Assembly (NCBI RefSeq): GCF_009914755.1
Contig: NC_060939.1
Direction: 5' to 3' (one strand)
Source of the DNA: the human T2T-CHM13v2.0 reference genome, Homo sapiens
Length of the DNA: 64,000 bases
Shown: positions 34,097 through 54,350 of the stretch, piece by piece
Layout of the letters: every line of letters starts with the position of its first letter
Position numbering within the stretch: the stretch's first letter is position 1
Program-made: the position numbers and the translations under genes
The notes under the pieces: model-generated
Database searches by the model: none
What the model was told of the DNA's origin: nothing
What the model saw: the letters and a program-made list of their open reading frames with translations, nothing else

Positions 34097-36551
34097 TCAA
34101 AAGGTGGGAAAGGCCCTGGGGAGCACCCAGCCCCTGTGGGTCTCAGATCGTGAGGCCTGGAGGCCATGCTTGGGCTGAAGCCCAGAGAAGTCAGAGGGCC
34201 CAGCAAGGCGGGCTCACCTTCCCCCACCTGTGCTTCCTTTCCTATCAGCCTCCCGCTGAGGCTCCGCAGCTCCCAGGGCAGCCCCTTCCAAGGACGATCA
34301 CTCCCTCCCCTCACACCTTCAGCTCTCGGAGCCACTGAGCTGGCAAGCCATATGGAATAGATTATTCTAGACCCACAATAATCTGATTATCTGGCTACAG
34401 ATCAGCTGGGTGCTCAGCCAGTGGAAGTCGCAGGCAGCCCAGGGGTGACGAGGAGGGAGGGGGTGGGAGAGAGAGACTTGGCAGATTCCAGGAAAGGCTC
34501 AAGAGGAAGTGCCGCGTCTTGGTGGGTCTGGAGCTGGCTGACAATGCAGGGTAAGCAGATAGCACGTCTCTCCTAAGGGACGTAGCATTTATGCTCCTTC
34601 ACTTTCTCCAGGGAAGTGCCAATGGGTCTCAGCCTTAGAGTGAAAAGTGGGGAAACTTGAGGTATAAAGAGAGGAGGCACACTTGTCACACAATGCCACC
34701 TGCAAAATGGAGCAGGGGCTCCCGACTGCCTGCTGAGATGTCCTGGGAGACACTGCCTGCCTTGGTGGGAAGGCCCCAGTCGGGACAGAGGGTTCACCCC
34801 TGGCTTTCCAGTGTCCACGCACTCCCAACCACAGCCAACAGAGGGCGCTGCCCAGCCGTGTGGGATCTTTGGGTCTGAGCTGGACAGCTCTTCCTCCAAT
34901 CCTTAAGGACGTTTTTTGGGGCTAGGGCCAGAACCCAGGCTTGGCTCTATTTGGGGGTGCGCTGGGAACTGTGTAGATGTGTCAGGGATGCTGGGCTGGC
35001 TTAAGAAATAGATGAAGGCCGGTTCAGTGCCTGTGTGACAGGGCATGTGACCCCAGGCAGGCCGTTTGCCCTCTCTGGACACGTTTGCCCGTCTGTCCAC
35101 CAGGAAAAGCACGCATCTGTGTGCAGAGACGTGGAGCAAGATGGGAGCCCATCAGAATGAGGAAAAGGATGACAGTTTCAGGAAGGCAGGAGCCAAGCAG
35201 AGTTCAACACCCCTCCCCAACACACACATGCCCCAGGTGCAGCTGAGGTAGAAAGAGGCCAGACCACAAGCTGACCGAAACTCGAAACTCTTGCCAGCTC
35301 TCGGGTGAGGGTTTGCAGACCTGGCTCAGCTGCCAACTTGGGTGTGCCCAGCCTGCTCAGGCCCTCCAGAAAAGCCCAAGATGGAGCTGTATCCAGGCAG
35401 GAAGTGGAGGCTTTGGGCCCTAAGTGCCCCCTCTCCCCTACTGACTGCCCGCAACAGTGGTGAGGTGCTGGGAGGGTGGCCAGCCCCGGGCAGAAGGATG
35501 AAGAGTGCAGGGCCGGCCCAGGTCACCAGCCTGGGACCTCATACGAGCTGCCTGGTTCAGGCCCTTGGCTAGCTCCGGGTGCTCCATCTGAGGTTAGGAG
35601 AATGCCCCCAAGGTATCTGACTTTAGACCCAGTAAAAAGCAGAGTGGGGCTCCCGGGGCCTAGCTGGAATGCCTGGGCAGGACCTGGGGAAGTGCAGCGC
35701 CAGTGGGCGGGGGTCCTTTGCCAGAGGCTGGGGATAGGGCATCCCTGGACAGGCTAGAGAACATTGAAGGGAAGGGGGAGAGAGCTTAAATTGGCCAGAT
35801 GTGAAATAAAAAGAGGGGTCTTACATGATCTGTACTGACCACGTGCCAAAGACCGAGGACAAGAGGAACTCTATCCTCAGCTCCCAAGGCCCCTCACCAA
35901 GAGAAATCCACGATCCAGCGCTTGGCCTGAGCCAAGGAAGTTTTCTTCAGCCTTGTAGATTATGCTCCACCCCAGGCCCTGGGAGCACACAGGATGGCCA
36001 GGTGCCTTGGCCAAGGTGCCCCAGGTGTGTGGGCAGTGCTGCTGGCTGCCATTAACCAGGTCAGCCTCAACCATGCACCTCCTGGACTCGACAGGGCTGG
36101 GCTGAAGCTTCAGAACAGCCTCACCATGCCCTTTGCCCAGCCATTCCCCTGACAGCAATTCATCCTGATTGGAAAAGATTAAAAGTGCAAGTTTAGACAG
36201 ACTGCTTAGTGACAAAATCAAGGTGCAGAAATTTCATTCAGTATGGCACCACTGATATAAGCAAAGGCAAAAGAAAATGAAATTTGAAAAACAGCCCGTC
36301 TACACAGAAAGTCATAGTATGATACCATGTATTCTGTAAGGGTCTATCGTATATATGTGTATATGTACATAGACAGAGGCCTTGGGTACACACCAAATAT
36401 AGAAAAACATACCAGGACTTGTTTGGAGTGTGGGTGGGGGCAGGTCTGAGTTCTGGGGGCTGGTCAAGCTTGAATTTTGTCTTCAGTGTTTACATTTTTC
36501 ACAAGAAGACTACATTCATGTATTACATGTGCAATTTAAAAATAAGTTCTG

Positions 36552-36652
36552 GTGTACAGCCACACCACCCTGAACGCGCCCAATCTTGTCTTATCTCAGA
36601 AGCTAAGTACTAGGATGGGAGACAGCCTGGGAATACCGAATCGTTTAGGTTT
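36552..36652 (+). pseudogene. 5S rRNA pseudogene with an internal deletion of about 19 nt
   Basis: GTGTACAGCCACACCACCCTGAACGCGCCCAATCTTGTCTTATCTCAGAAGCTAAG^TACTAGGATGGGAGACAGCCTGGGAATACCG..TAGGTTT aligns by eye with 5S rRNA. Confidence 0.9.
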
Positions 36653-36690
36653 CTTTCTTCTTATTATTTTTTTATTATTTAAAATTAAAA

Positions 36691-39185
<2,495 letters not shown>

Positions 39186-39431
39186 AAAAAAATATATATG
39201 TTAGAAGCTTCAAAAAACAGAAAAACAACCCCAGAAAGTGACATGCTGCCTCTCAATGCCTCTATCTCTATGTTCCTGTGCTGGTAGAGAGGCCTAAAAA
39301 AGGTTAAGATGCAATGACATGGGCCAAAGTGCTTCTCTCTGAGTTGATGGAACTGGGGGCCTTTTAAATTCCCTTCTTTTTGTATGTGTATATTCTCTCC
39401 CTTTTCTGTAATGAGGATGTGTTGCTTTGGT

Positions 39432-39637
39432 GAAAAAAAAGAAGGAAAGGAAAGAAAAGGAAGGGAAGGGGAAGAGGAAGGGGAAGAGGAAAGGGAAGGG
39501 AGGAGGAGGAAGAAGGAAGGAGAGAAAGGAGAGAAAAAGGAAAGAGGAGAGGAGAGGGGAGGGGAAGGGAGAAGAGGGGAGGGGAGGGGAGAAGAGAGGA
39601 GGGGAGGGGAGAAGAGGGGAGGGGAGGGGAGGAGAAA
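39432..39637 (+). repeat. about 200-nt pure polypurine tract with GGGGA/GGAGA units
   Basis: no pyrimidines seen on the + strand across the tract. Confidence 0.9.
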
Positions 39638-42404
39638 ACACTTTGAACCCCCCTGCCCCGCTATCCATCTTGTTCACACTCCAATGGATAAGCCCAAGCC
39701 TGGAGACAAGTCCTGGGAGGCTGGGTCTTCCTTCCCAGAGCCTGCAGCCCCTGGAATGGGCACTGCCCTTTGTCCTCCCAAGAGCTGCAGGGCCTGGGGT
39801 GGTCCTCTCCAGCAGAGCAGGCAGGCAGGCAGGACTTGTGGAGTCCCAGGTGCCCAACATGTGGTCCTCCATCTAATCCTCCCAGCAAGGACATCCATTT
39901 CAGATGAGGAGACTGAGGCTTAGATGGGGAGCTGACCCCAGGCACTGTTGGCCCTAGGCCTGAGCTGCCTCCATGGGCCTTGCTGTCCCAGGAACTGGAC
40001 CAGGTAGTCCTGGGACTCCCTGGCTCAGCCTTCTTGGAGGAAGAGCAGAGAGTGAGCTCTGTTGGGCAGCTCCCCATGCCTGTGGCTCCCAGCCCCTCCT
40101 TTACTTCCCCAGCCAACAGCAGCCAGTCCTTCCCCCTTTTCCACATTCTCTCCAGTGGCGGCTGGGCCCACTCCCAGGCCCCTGCCAGGCTGCAATCAGC
40201 CCTTGCCCTGAGATGAGCGCAGCCTCTGGACCAGTTTCCTGCCTCAGGATCTTTGCCTTCCAACCTCTCTCTTTCCTCAAACCTCGTGTGGATCTCACTG
40301 CCTCCCTGAGTCTGAACTCCTCACTCAGCAGGACCTCCCCACCCCGTCCAGTTCCCACCTGCTTGTCCACATCATCTCCTGCTTGTCCACATCATCTCCT
40401 GCTTATCCCTGCCAGCCTGAGGCACCAGCCCACTGGGCACTGCCAGCAAGCTCGCCCTGGGCATCCCTGTTTCCAGCCTTGGGCTCACACCTTTCCCTCT
40501 GCCAGGAACACCCACCCGCCATCACTTGGAGAAAATCCACAATCTCAGGTCCTTTCCTTCCCCCCAGAATCTGCCCTGATGGCCCCAGCAGGGAGCACCT
40601 CCCTGCCTTCCACAGGCACCCTGCACACCAGGCCACCACCGGACTCAGTGCCAACTTGTCAGTCCTTCTCCTTCCACTCCCAAGCGGGCAACTCGTCCTC
40701 CTGGAGGCTTAGTCCCAGCCAGGCAGTGTTCCCACTGGTGTTATGCACAGTCTTTGACTCAAAGCCAGATACCAGTGGGCTGGAGTCCTGGCTCCAGGGA
40801 CCTTCAGCAAGTGATGTGACCTCTCTGGGGCCTGTTTCCTGAGCTGAGCCAGGGGAAAGCCGCAGGGTGCAGGGCACAGGGTTTGAGCAGAGCAGGCTCA
40901 GCAGGCACAGACTCGGCTTGTCTGTGGAAAGGGCTCAGAAGACGAGGTTGGCCTGACACGCAGTCGGGGCGAGTAGCAGTTCCAGTGGCTGCTCTGTGAC
41001 CTTGCCCCAGTGGCTGTCAGTCTCTGGGCCTCCCAGTGACACCTCCCAGTGAGGTGCTCTGCTTGGCAGGGCCTCCATGGCTATGCCCATGTACCAGCCC
41101 CTGGGGCCAGCGGATGCTGACTTGGGCTCCCCAAGTGAGCGGTCCATCCAGACCCGAGTCCTCCCACACTCCTTCCATCCCTAGCCCAGGAACATAGGCC
41201 CTGGCCTTACCCTGGCCCCCTGGGGCTGGGACCTGCAGCCTCCCACCCCCCACCCCAGAAGCACTTTTTGGGGCTTCTGAGGGGACCTGCTGCTGGGCTG
41301 TTTTGGAGGCTCCTGCTCACCCTGGTTCCCAAGTCAACACCTTCTGCCCTGAGGGAGGCGGCCTTTGTGTCAACAGGCAGCCAGGAGGTGTGAAGGTAGC
41401 CACAGTGGCCCGGTGGGGGGGAGGCTGGGCTGGCCCTCTCTGCCTCGCTGGTAATGAGAATACCACACGGCCCTGCAGCTCCCTCAGGGCCCAGCACCCC
41501 CAATTCCCTTCCACATTCCCACAGCCTTCTCACCCCCTAGGGCCTGGAAGGGATCCAAGGGGAAGGAAAGGAGAGGAGACCCGTGGGTCAGGGCCAGACT
41601 TTAACCTGGCTCCAGGGCCTTGGACCTGCTCCCAGGGCCCTGCACTACCTACCCAGGGAGAAAGAGCAGGTGCAGAGCTCCTGTGCGCAGGGCTGTGGGC
41701 AGCCAGGTGGCTGCAGGGGCCTGTGCTAAGCCACCAAAGGCGGGCTGGACCAAGGGCATTGCCCTCTCTCACCCTGTAACAGGGCCAGGGCCGAATGAGC
41801 ACATCTTGGGGGGCCAACCTGAGGCCTCTGCCCTCCCCACCCCACTGCTGGTTGGGGAGGAAGTGCTGGGAGGCCCATAAAGGGGTGGTGGGATGGAGGT
41901 CTCAAGATTCCTCACTGTCTAGAAGGAATACAGACGGGCATTACCTGCCTCAGGGCCAAGCTGGCCCATGCCACACAGGCAAGACCTGCACAAGATGATG
42001 GCAGCTTTGTGCTTCCAACCCTGAGAGCAGGCCTAGCCGAGCCACTGAGCTTCAGGCACCGACAAGAGTAGGTGTGCAGGTGGCCTGAGCTTGGGCACTT
42101 GGGAGGCCTCCCGCTGTGCTCCCCCTACTCAGGACACCCTGAGGACTCCCCTGTGTTCCTGCCCTGGGATTACCAGGAGTCCTGAAGCAGCAGCTCCTGT
42201 TCTCTCCCTAGTTGTTGGCCTGAGCTCTGAAACAACATCAGTGGTCATCAGGTCCAACCCCCTGTTTTACAGAGCTTGGCAGAGGCCGCAGCAGCCATCT
42301 GCTCCAGCTCCTGCACGTGCCTAACGTGTCGTCATCTGACCTTTTCTTGATTAGCTCCAGGAACAGGCCACTCCCTCCCCTACAAGACAGAGCCTCTGAC
42401 TTAG

Positions 42405-43133
<729 letters not shown>

Positions 43134-43584
43134 TGATTTTACCGGATGCCTCCTGACGTGAACTTGGAGAAGGGTACAGGGGACCTGCTCGTTCTATTTG
43201 ATCAGGTCTGATGGGTTGTTCCAGCCTGTCAGGATTTATTTAGATACTGGCTGTTTCCCAAGTCACTTTTGGGTTTGGGTCTTACCCCACATTAGATCAG
43301 TTCATATCTTCATTCAAGATCATAATACTGCCCAGGAAAAGGCTGGGAACAGTGCCTGTGGCCCCTCACTAGAGACCTTCCTCCCAGTGAACATCCGCTC
43401 ATTCATTTGTGGGAGCCCTGAATCTGTTGTGAATTCACTTAACTGAACCGTCATCCAGCTCACATGGCCCCATTGGTGATAAGGAAACTCTGGGAACTTC
43501 CCTATTATGTGGGTAGGAATTGTGTTTCGTTGCTCATAGTACCTCCTAAAATGACACTGACCTAAACAAGATGGTGATTTTTCT

Positions 43585-43617
<33 letters not shown>

Positions 43618-44859
43618 TTTTAGCAGGGTGTATCACCATGCACAACACAAGATTACTAAAAGAAAAAGGCAAATAAAGGCTGTGTGGGCAACTAGCAGTG
43701 TCTGCCACACTTGTGAAACCCAAATACATTCTTCTGATCACGTTTCCCTGATCTAGCCACCATTCCTATCACAGAAAGGAAGATGTGAACCTGGTGCTAC
43801 TAGCACACTGAAGCCCAGAATGTAATCACCTTACCCAATGGCACACAGCCACAGGCCCTCTTTTTAACAGGGGAACCAAATGAAGGGTGGAAACACTGAA
43901 AAGGGGCTGCAGGGTAGGATCCAAACCTGGCTTGTTTGCTCGGCACCTAGGGCAGGTTCCAGCACAGAGTAAATACGTGGCCCCACACCCATCCAGAAGT
44001 GGACCCCTTAAGGGCCCCAGGGCTGTAGGCAAGTTGGACAGGCATCCCTGCCAGGGCCCAACAGAAGAGAAAGGCTGGATATGGAGAGGTGGGGAGGGCA
44101 GGATGCCCTGGTTTGGTGTGGGAGCAGTTCCCAGAAAGCAAGGAATCACTTCCTTCTGGGACCAAGGCTGAAGATATCATTCCCCTTACTCACAGTCCAA
44201 CCTATTCCTTTAATCACTTCTTTCTGCTGTTCCTGAACTTGCTGTAAGCATAACATCAGCCCTGTTCTAAACGTTATCACATGCATTATCTTATTTTACT
44301 TCAGTTATCCTGGAGATCAGAATACCCACTTATAGACGGGAAAACTGAGATTGAGTAAGTTGCCCAAGTTCTCCCAGCTGGTAAGAAACCAGGCCTGTCT
44401 CACTCTGCAGCCCAGACACCTGACCACTAAGCTGCACTGCCTCCCTGTGCTAAGTGGAGGCCCAGTTGGGGGATCCACTTGGGGTTCCCTCCTGGTGAGT
44501 GAGGCTAGCAGATAGAGTGCCCTTGTGCTTCCAGAGCCTAGCTGAGGAGTACAGGGAAGAGCCAGGGGCCACAACAAACCAGGCCCAGGGCCCCACCTTC
44601 CAGAACTTACACTGTAAAACCCACAGTCAGCCTAGGGTCTAGGCTCCAGGCTAGCTCAAACCAAGGTAGAAGGAGACCAGGCAATCTCCGAGAGGAAAGG
44701 ATGTATGTACCATGTGCAGGGCTCTGTGCCTGTGGTGGAATCCCATTATATACCAAATCCCTCCACAAGAAATCCCTCAGGCTGGCTCTAAGGAGGTTGG
44801 GGGGAAATAATTCTGGATATTCAGAAGCTTCCTGGAGATCACAAGACCATCCACCACTG

Positions 44860-49393
<4,534 letters not shown>

Positions 49394-49989
49394 TAAAACG
49401 ATCATGGCAAACCTTCAGCTCACTTGCCAGGGCCTAAGTGCTTTACAGGGATCGCTGTACTTAGTCCAGGAACCATCCTAGGCATAGGTATTTTGTATCA
49501 CTATTGGTACCGATGAGGGAATCTGAGGCTCAGAGGAGCTAAATAACTTAACCAAGGTCACAGCCAATAAAGAGGCCGGCTTGGGGACCCATTTTCGCCG
49601 GTTTTCATCACCTAGGGTACCCAACTCCTCTTCCCCAACCTAATCTATTCCATTTCTCAAGAGTAGATACAGACCATGGGCAGTGAGATGCCTTTCTTGG
49701 TGTGTCACTCAACAAATCAGAAACTGTGGATTTTGGGGACCCCAGAAGGGCCCACCTGCACTTCTTCCTCAGCCACCATGGGCAGGGCCCTCCGGGCTTG
49801 TCTTGATGCCTTATTTAATACAACAGTAGGCACAGCGTCCTGGGCACAGACCTCCGGGAGGTTAGTGATGAGAGAGGCACCCACTCCTCACGGGGTCCCT
49901 GAGGCACCCACAGACCATGGCACTACCCGCCTCTGTTGGGCTCCCGGGCACTCACCGTGAGCAGTGGACGGGGCAGGGGCGTGGGTGGG

Positions 49990-50220
49990 AGCGTGGTGAG
50001 AAGCTTAGCAGCTCCATCCAGATGCGAATTGTCCCTCCCATACTTCCCGGGCTGCAGGGGCCTCCATTTAGAGCCCCCAAGGAGTCAGAATCCACACCTC
50101 CGCAAATGGGCCCGCTTTCCCAGGGGCCCCCTGCCCAGACTTTCCCTGGGCTCTGTGGGTTTTGACACCTCTCTGCAACCTGGCGGGGGGCCACCTCGCA
50201 CCTTTGGTCAACATAAAAGC
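49990..50220 (+). promoter_or_regulatory. MESP2: MESP2 proximal promoter / presomitic-mesoderm enhancer equivalent
   Basis: T-box sites TCCACACCT (50091-99), TGACACCT (50163-70), TCGCACCT (50196-203); RBPJ-like GTGAGAA (49996-50002); CATAAAA (50212-18). Mesp2 is an established TBX6 and Notch target through a proximal element. Confidence 0.75.
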
Positions 50221-50269
50221 TCAGGCCTGGAGGTGGCCAACCCAGCCTCCCAGAGCCTGCAGCCCGGCC

Positions 50270-51169
50270 ATGGCCCAGTCGCCTCCTCCGCAGAGCCTCC
50301 TCGGCCACGACCACTGGATCTTCGCCCAGGGCTGGGGCTGGGCCGGCCACTGGGACTCCACGTCCCCGGCCTCCTCCTCCGATTCGTCGGGTTCGTGCCC
50401 CTGCGACGGCGCCCGCGGACTCCCGCAGCCACAGCCTCCGAGCTGCAGCTCCCGAGCCGCAGAGGCAGCCGCGACGACGCCCAGACGAGCGCGCACCGGA
50501 CCAGCGGGCGGACAGCGGCAGAGCGCCAGCGAGCGGGAGAAACTGCGCATGCGCACGCTGGCCCGCGCCCTGCACGAGTTGCGCCGCTTTCTGCCTCCCT
50601 CCTTGGCGCCGGCCGGCCAGAGCCTGACCAAGATCGAGACGCTGCGCCTGGCCATCCGCTACATCGGCCACCTATCGGCCGTGCTGGGTCTCAGCGAGGA
50701 GAGTCTGCAGTGCCGGCGCAGGCAGCGCGGGGACGCGGGGTCCCCTTGGGGCTGCCCGCTGTGCCCCGACCGTGGCCCCGCAGAGGCGCAGACGCAGGCG
50801 GAGGGGCAGGGGCAAGGGCAGGGGCAAGGACAGGGGCAAGGACAGGGGCAAGGGCAGGGGCGCAGGCCGGGCCTGGTCTCCGCCGTCCTCGCCGAGGCGT
50901 CCTGGGGATCCCCGTCCGCCTGCCCCGGAGCCCAAGCCGCACCCGAGCGCCTGGGGAGGGGGGTCCACGACACGGATCCCTGGGCAACACCCCCTTACTG
51001 CCCCAAGATACAGTCGCCCCCGTATTCGTCCCAAGGGACAACCTCCGACGCGTCTCTTTGGACGCCACCCCAAGGCTGTCCCTGGACGCAGTCGTCCCCA
51101 GAGCCCCGGAACCCACCAGTGCCCTGGACGGCGGCCCCAGCAACTTTGGAGCTGGCCGCAGTGTACCAG
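50270..51169 (+). CDS. MESP2: MESP2 exon 1 CDS (bHLH, CPLCP, GQ repeat)
   Basis: gccATGG at 50270; [24 protein letters not shown]...; 300 codons; donor gtatgt at 51170. Confidence 0.98.
50804..50863 (+). repeat. MESP2: MESP2 coding 12-bp VNTR encoding (GQ)9
   Basis: (GGGCAGGGGCAA)2 (GGACAGGGGCAA)2 GGGCAGGGGCGC. Confidence 0.97.
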
Positions 51170-51952
51170 GTATGTGTGGAGGCCCTTGCTGTGTTCCCCA
51201 GCCTCCAGTCTGCAGAGAATCTCGTACTTTTTCGATCCCAGCTTATCTACTCCAGGATTATCTAACGGAGGGGAGAATGGAAGGAACCCCCGGCTCCGTG
51301 GGAGAAGAGATGGGACCCTGGGAAGTTAAGGCCATCTCCACAGTCACCACAAGCAGTCTTCACAGCCATGGGAAAGAGGGGGAGCCCGCCGACTTTCTCA
51401 GAGGGTGGAAAGTAGCAGGGTGGGCGTGCTGGCTTCAAGTGCTATTAAGACTGCAGTGGGGGAAGGAAGTCCCAGGGTAAGGGCAGCATTTCCTGAGTAG
51501 ATGGGCCTAGAGCTGGTGATTTCAAGTTTTCTTCAAGATTCGTTCATTCATGAGGCTCATGAATGACTCATCGTCCATAAAAAATCATATTAACCAAAAT
51601 TTGTTGAACACTTTCTATGTGCCCATCATCATTCTTGGCACCTTACATGTATTATTCAGCCCCAGTAATGACCCTAGGAAGTAGGTATTATCAGCATCTC
51701 TATTTTACAGGTGAGAAAACTGAGACTAAAAGAAGCTACCTGAGTTCTCATTACTAGTGAGTAGCAGAACTGGGATTTAAGCCTTAGCAGAGTGTCTCCC
51801 GAGCCAGTCCTCTTAACCACTTGGCTTTGCTGCATTCATGGCACCAGGGCTGTCCGGATGCTGCCAGCCATACCATGGCAACCAGCCAGATTCAAGATCT
51901 CTGGATATCAGGGAGTAGCCCACTAACCAGGCTGCTCTCATCTCTCTTGCAG

Positions 51953-52222
51953 GGTCTCTCTGTGTCTCCAGAGCCCTGTCTGTCGCTGGGAGCTCCATCT
52001 CTCCTGCCCCACCCATCATGCCAGAGACTGCAGCCTCAGACCCCCGGGAGGTGCTGGAGCCACAGTGCAGAGGTGGTGCCCAACTCAGAGGACCAGGGAC
52101 CGGGCGCCGCCTTCCAGCTCAGTGAAGCAAGCCCTCCCCAGAGCTCAGGCCTGCGGTTCAGTGGCTGCCCTGAACTTTGGCAAGAAGATCTGGAGGGGGC
52201 CCGCCTGGGCATCTTCTACTAA
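51953..52222 (+). CDS. MESP2: MESP2 exon 2 CDS
   Basis: ctctcttgcag acceptor; GLSVSPEPCLSLG...WQEDLEGARLGIFY*; total 389 aa for this allele. Confidence 0.97.
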   Translation, partial: GLSVSPEPCLSLGAPSLLPHPSCQRLQPQTPGRCWSHSAEVVPNSEDQGPGAAFQLSEASPPQSSGLRFSGCPELWQEDLEGARLGIFY

Positions 52223-53100
52223 ATGGCCTCGGCTTCCCTCTTTCCATCCAGGAATCAGTCCTGTAGCTTGGGTGCCTCCTTATTTGTTAATTAGTGGCTT
52301 TTCATGTTCTCCTTTAGCCAAGGCTCCCTTTTTCCAAGTGATGTCTTTCAGGGAAGCAGTGTTTGAAATAGATAGCGGGTACCTTCCCTGGATGGAGTCA
52401 GGGCGGGGGCACTGTCCTCCACTGCTAGACACCCCCAGAATGCCTGGCGCTCTGCAGAGCACAGTCTGAGCTGCTCTAAGAAGGGGTCTCCTTTACCCTA
52501 AAGGCAGCTGGGCAGGGACAGGTGGGAGAATGGGTGTAGGAGGCAGGCCCCAGGCTCTGCTTCTTGGTGACAGTTGGCCAGAGCCCTGTATGCTTTGATT
52601 TTTTTGTACTTAAAAAGAAAAAACACACACACACAACAAAAATTTGGTTTGGCCTTGTTTTTTGTTCATCAACCTGGGTTTTTCTTGCCTCTGGAAAAGG
52701 AAACATGTTTTCCTTCTGTGGGGAACAAGTTCTGCTGCTCTTTCCTTCTCTAATCCAGGCCTGCCAAGGTTTGGGTGGGCCCTCATTTGTCAGTTTGACC
52801 ATATTTATTGCACTGGAGCTCCAGGGCCAAAAGCTCCACCTGGCTTGCTGTGCAAGGTAGCACAGGTGGGCTAAGCTTGGGCCTGCCCACTTGCCTCAGC
52901 CACATCACCACTGCCCTTTTGTGTTCTTCGGGTGCATTCCTGGTGACTGCTGGGGTGGGTGCATGCAGCTGTGGACAGACAGACAGGAGCCCCAAATGGG
53001 GAGACCACAGTCCCAGAGACCTGTCATTTAGGGCTCTTTCACAATGACATGAAATTTTCTTCAAAGAATACTGGGAGTGGTTCCTACGTGCTAGGCCCAG

Positions 53101-54350
<1,250 letters not shown>

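Larger units (their letters stand above)
50180..51170. other. CpG island over MESP2 exon 1
   Basis: very GC- and CpG-rich by inspection; boundaries approximate. Confidence 0.85.

Noticed and set aside
39294-40842. ORFs of 149-289 aa around the polypurine tract
   Set aside because: Low-complexity or GC-rich composition, no recognisable domain, and some begin at non-ATG codons.
50162-50269. N-terminal extension of MESP2 in the 367-aa ORF
   Set aside because: Starts at a non-ATG codon upstream of the CATAAAA box; the Kozak ATG is at 50270 and the ORF's tail is intronic.
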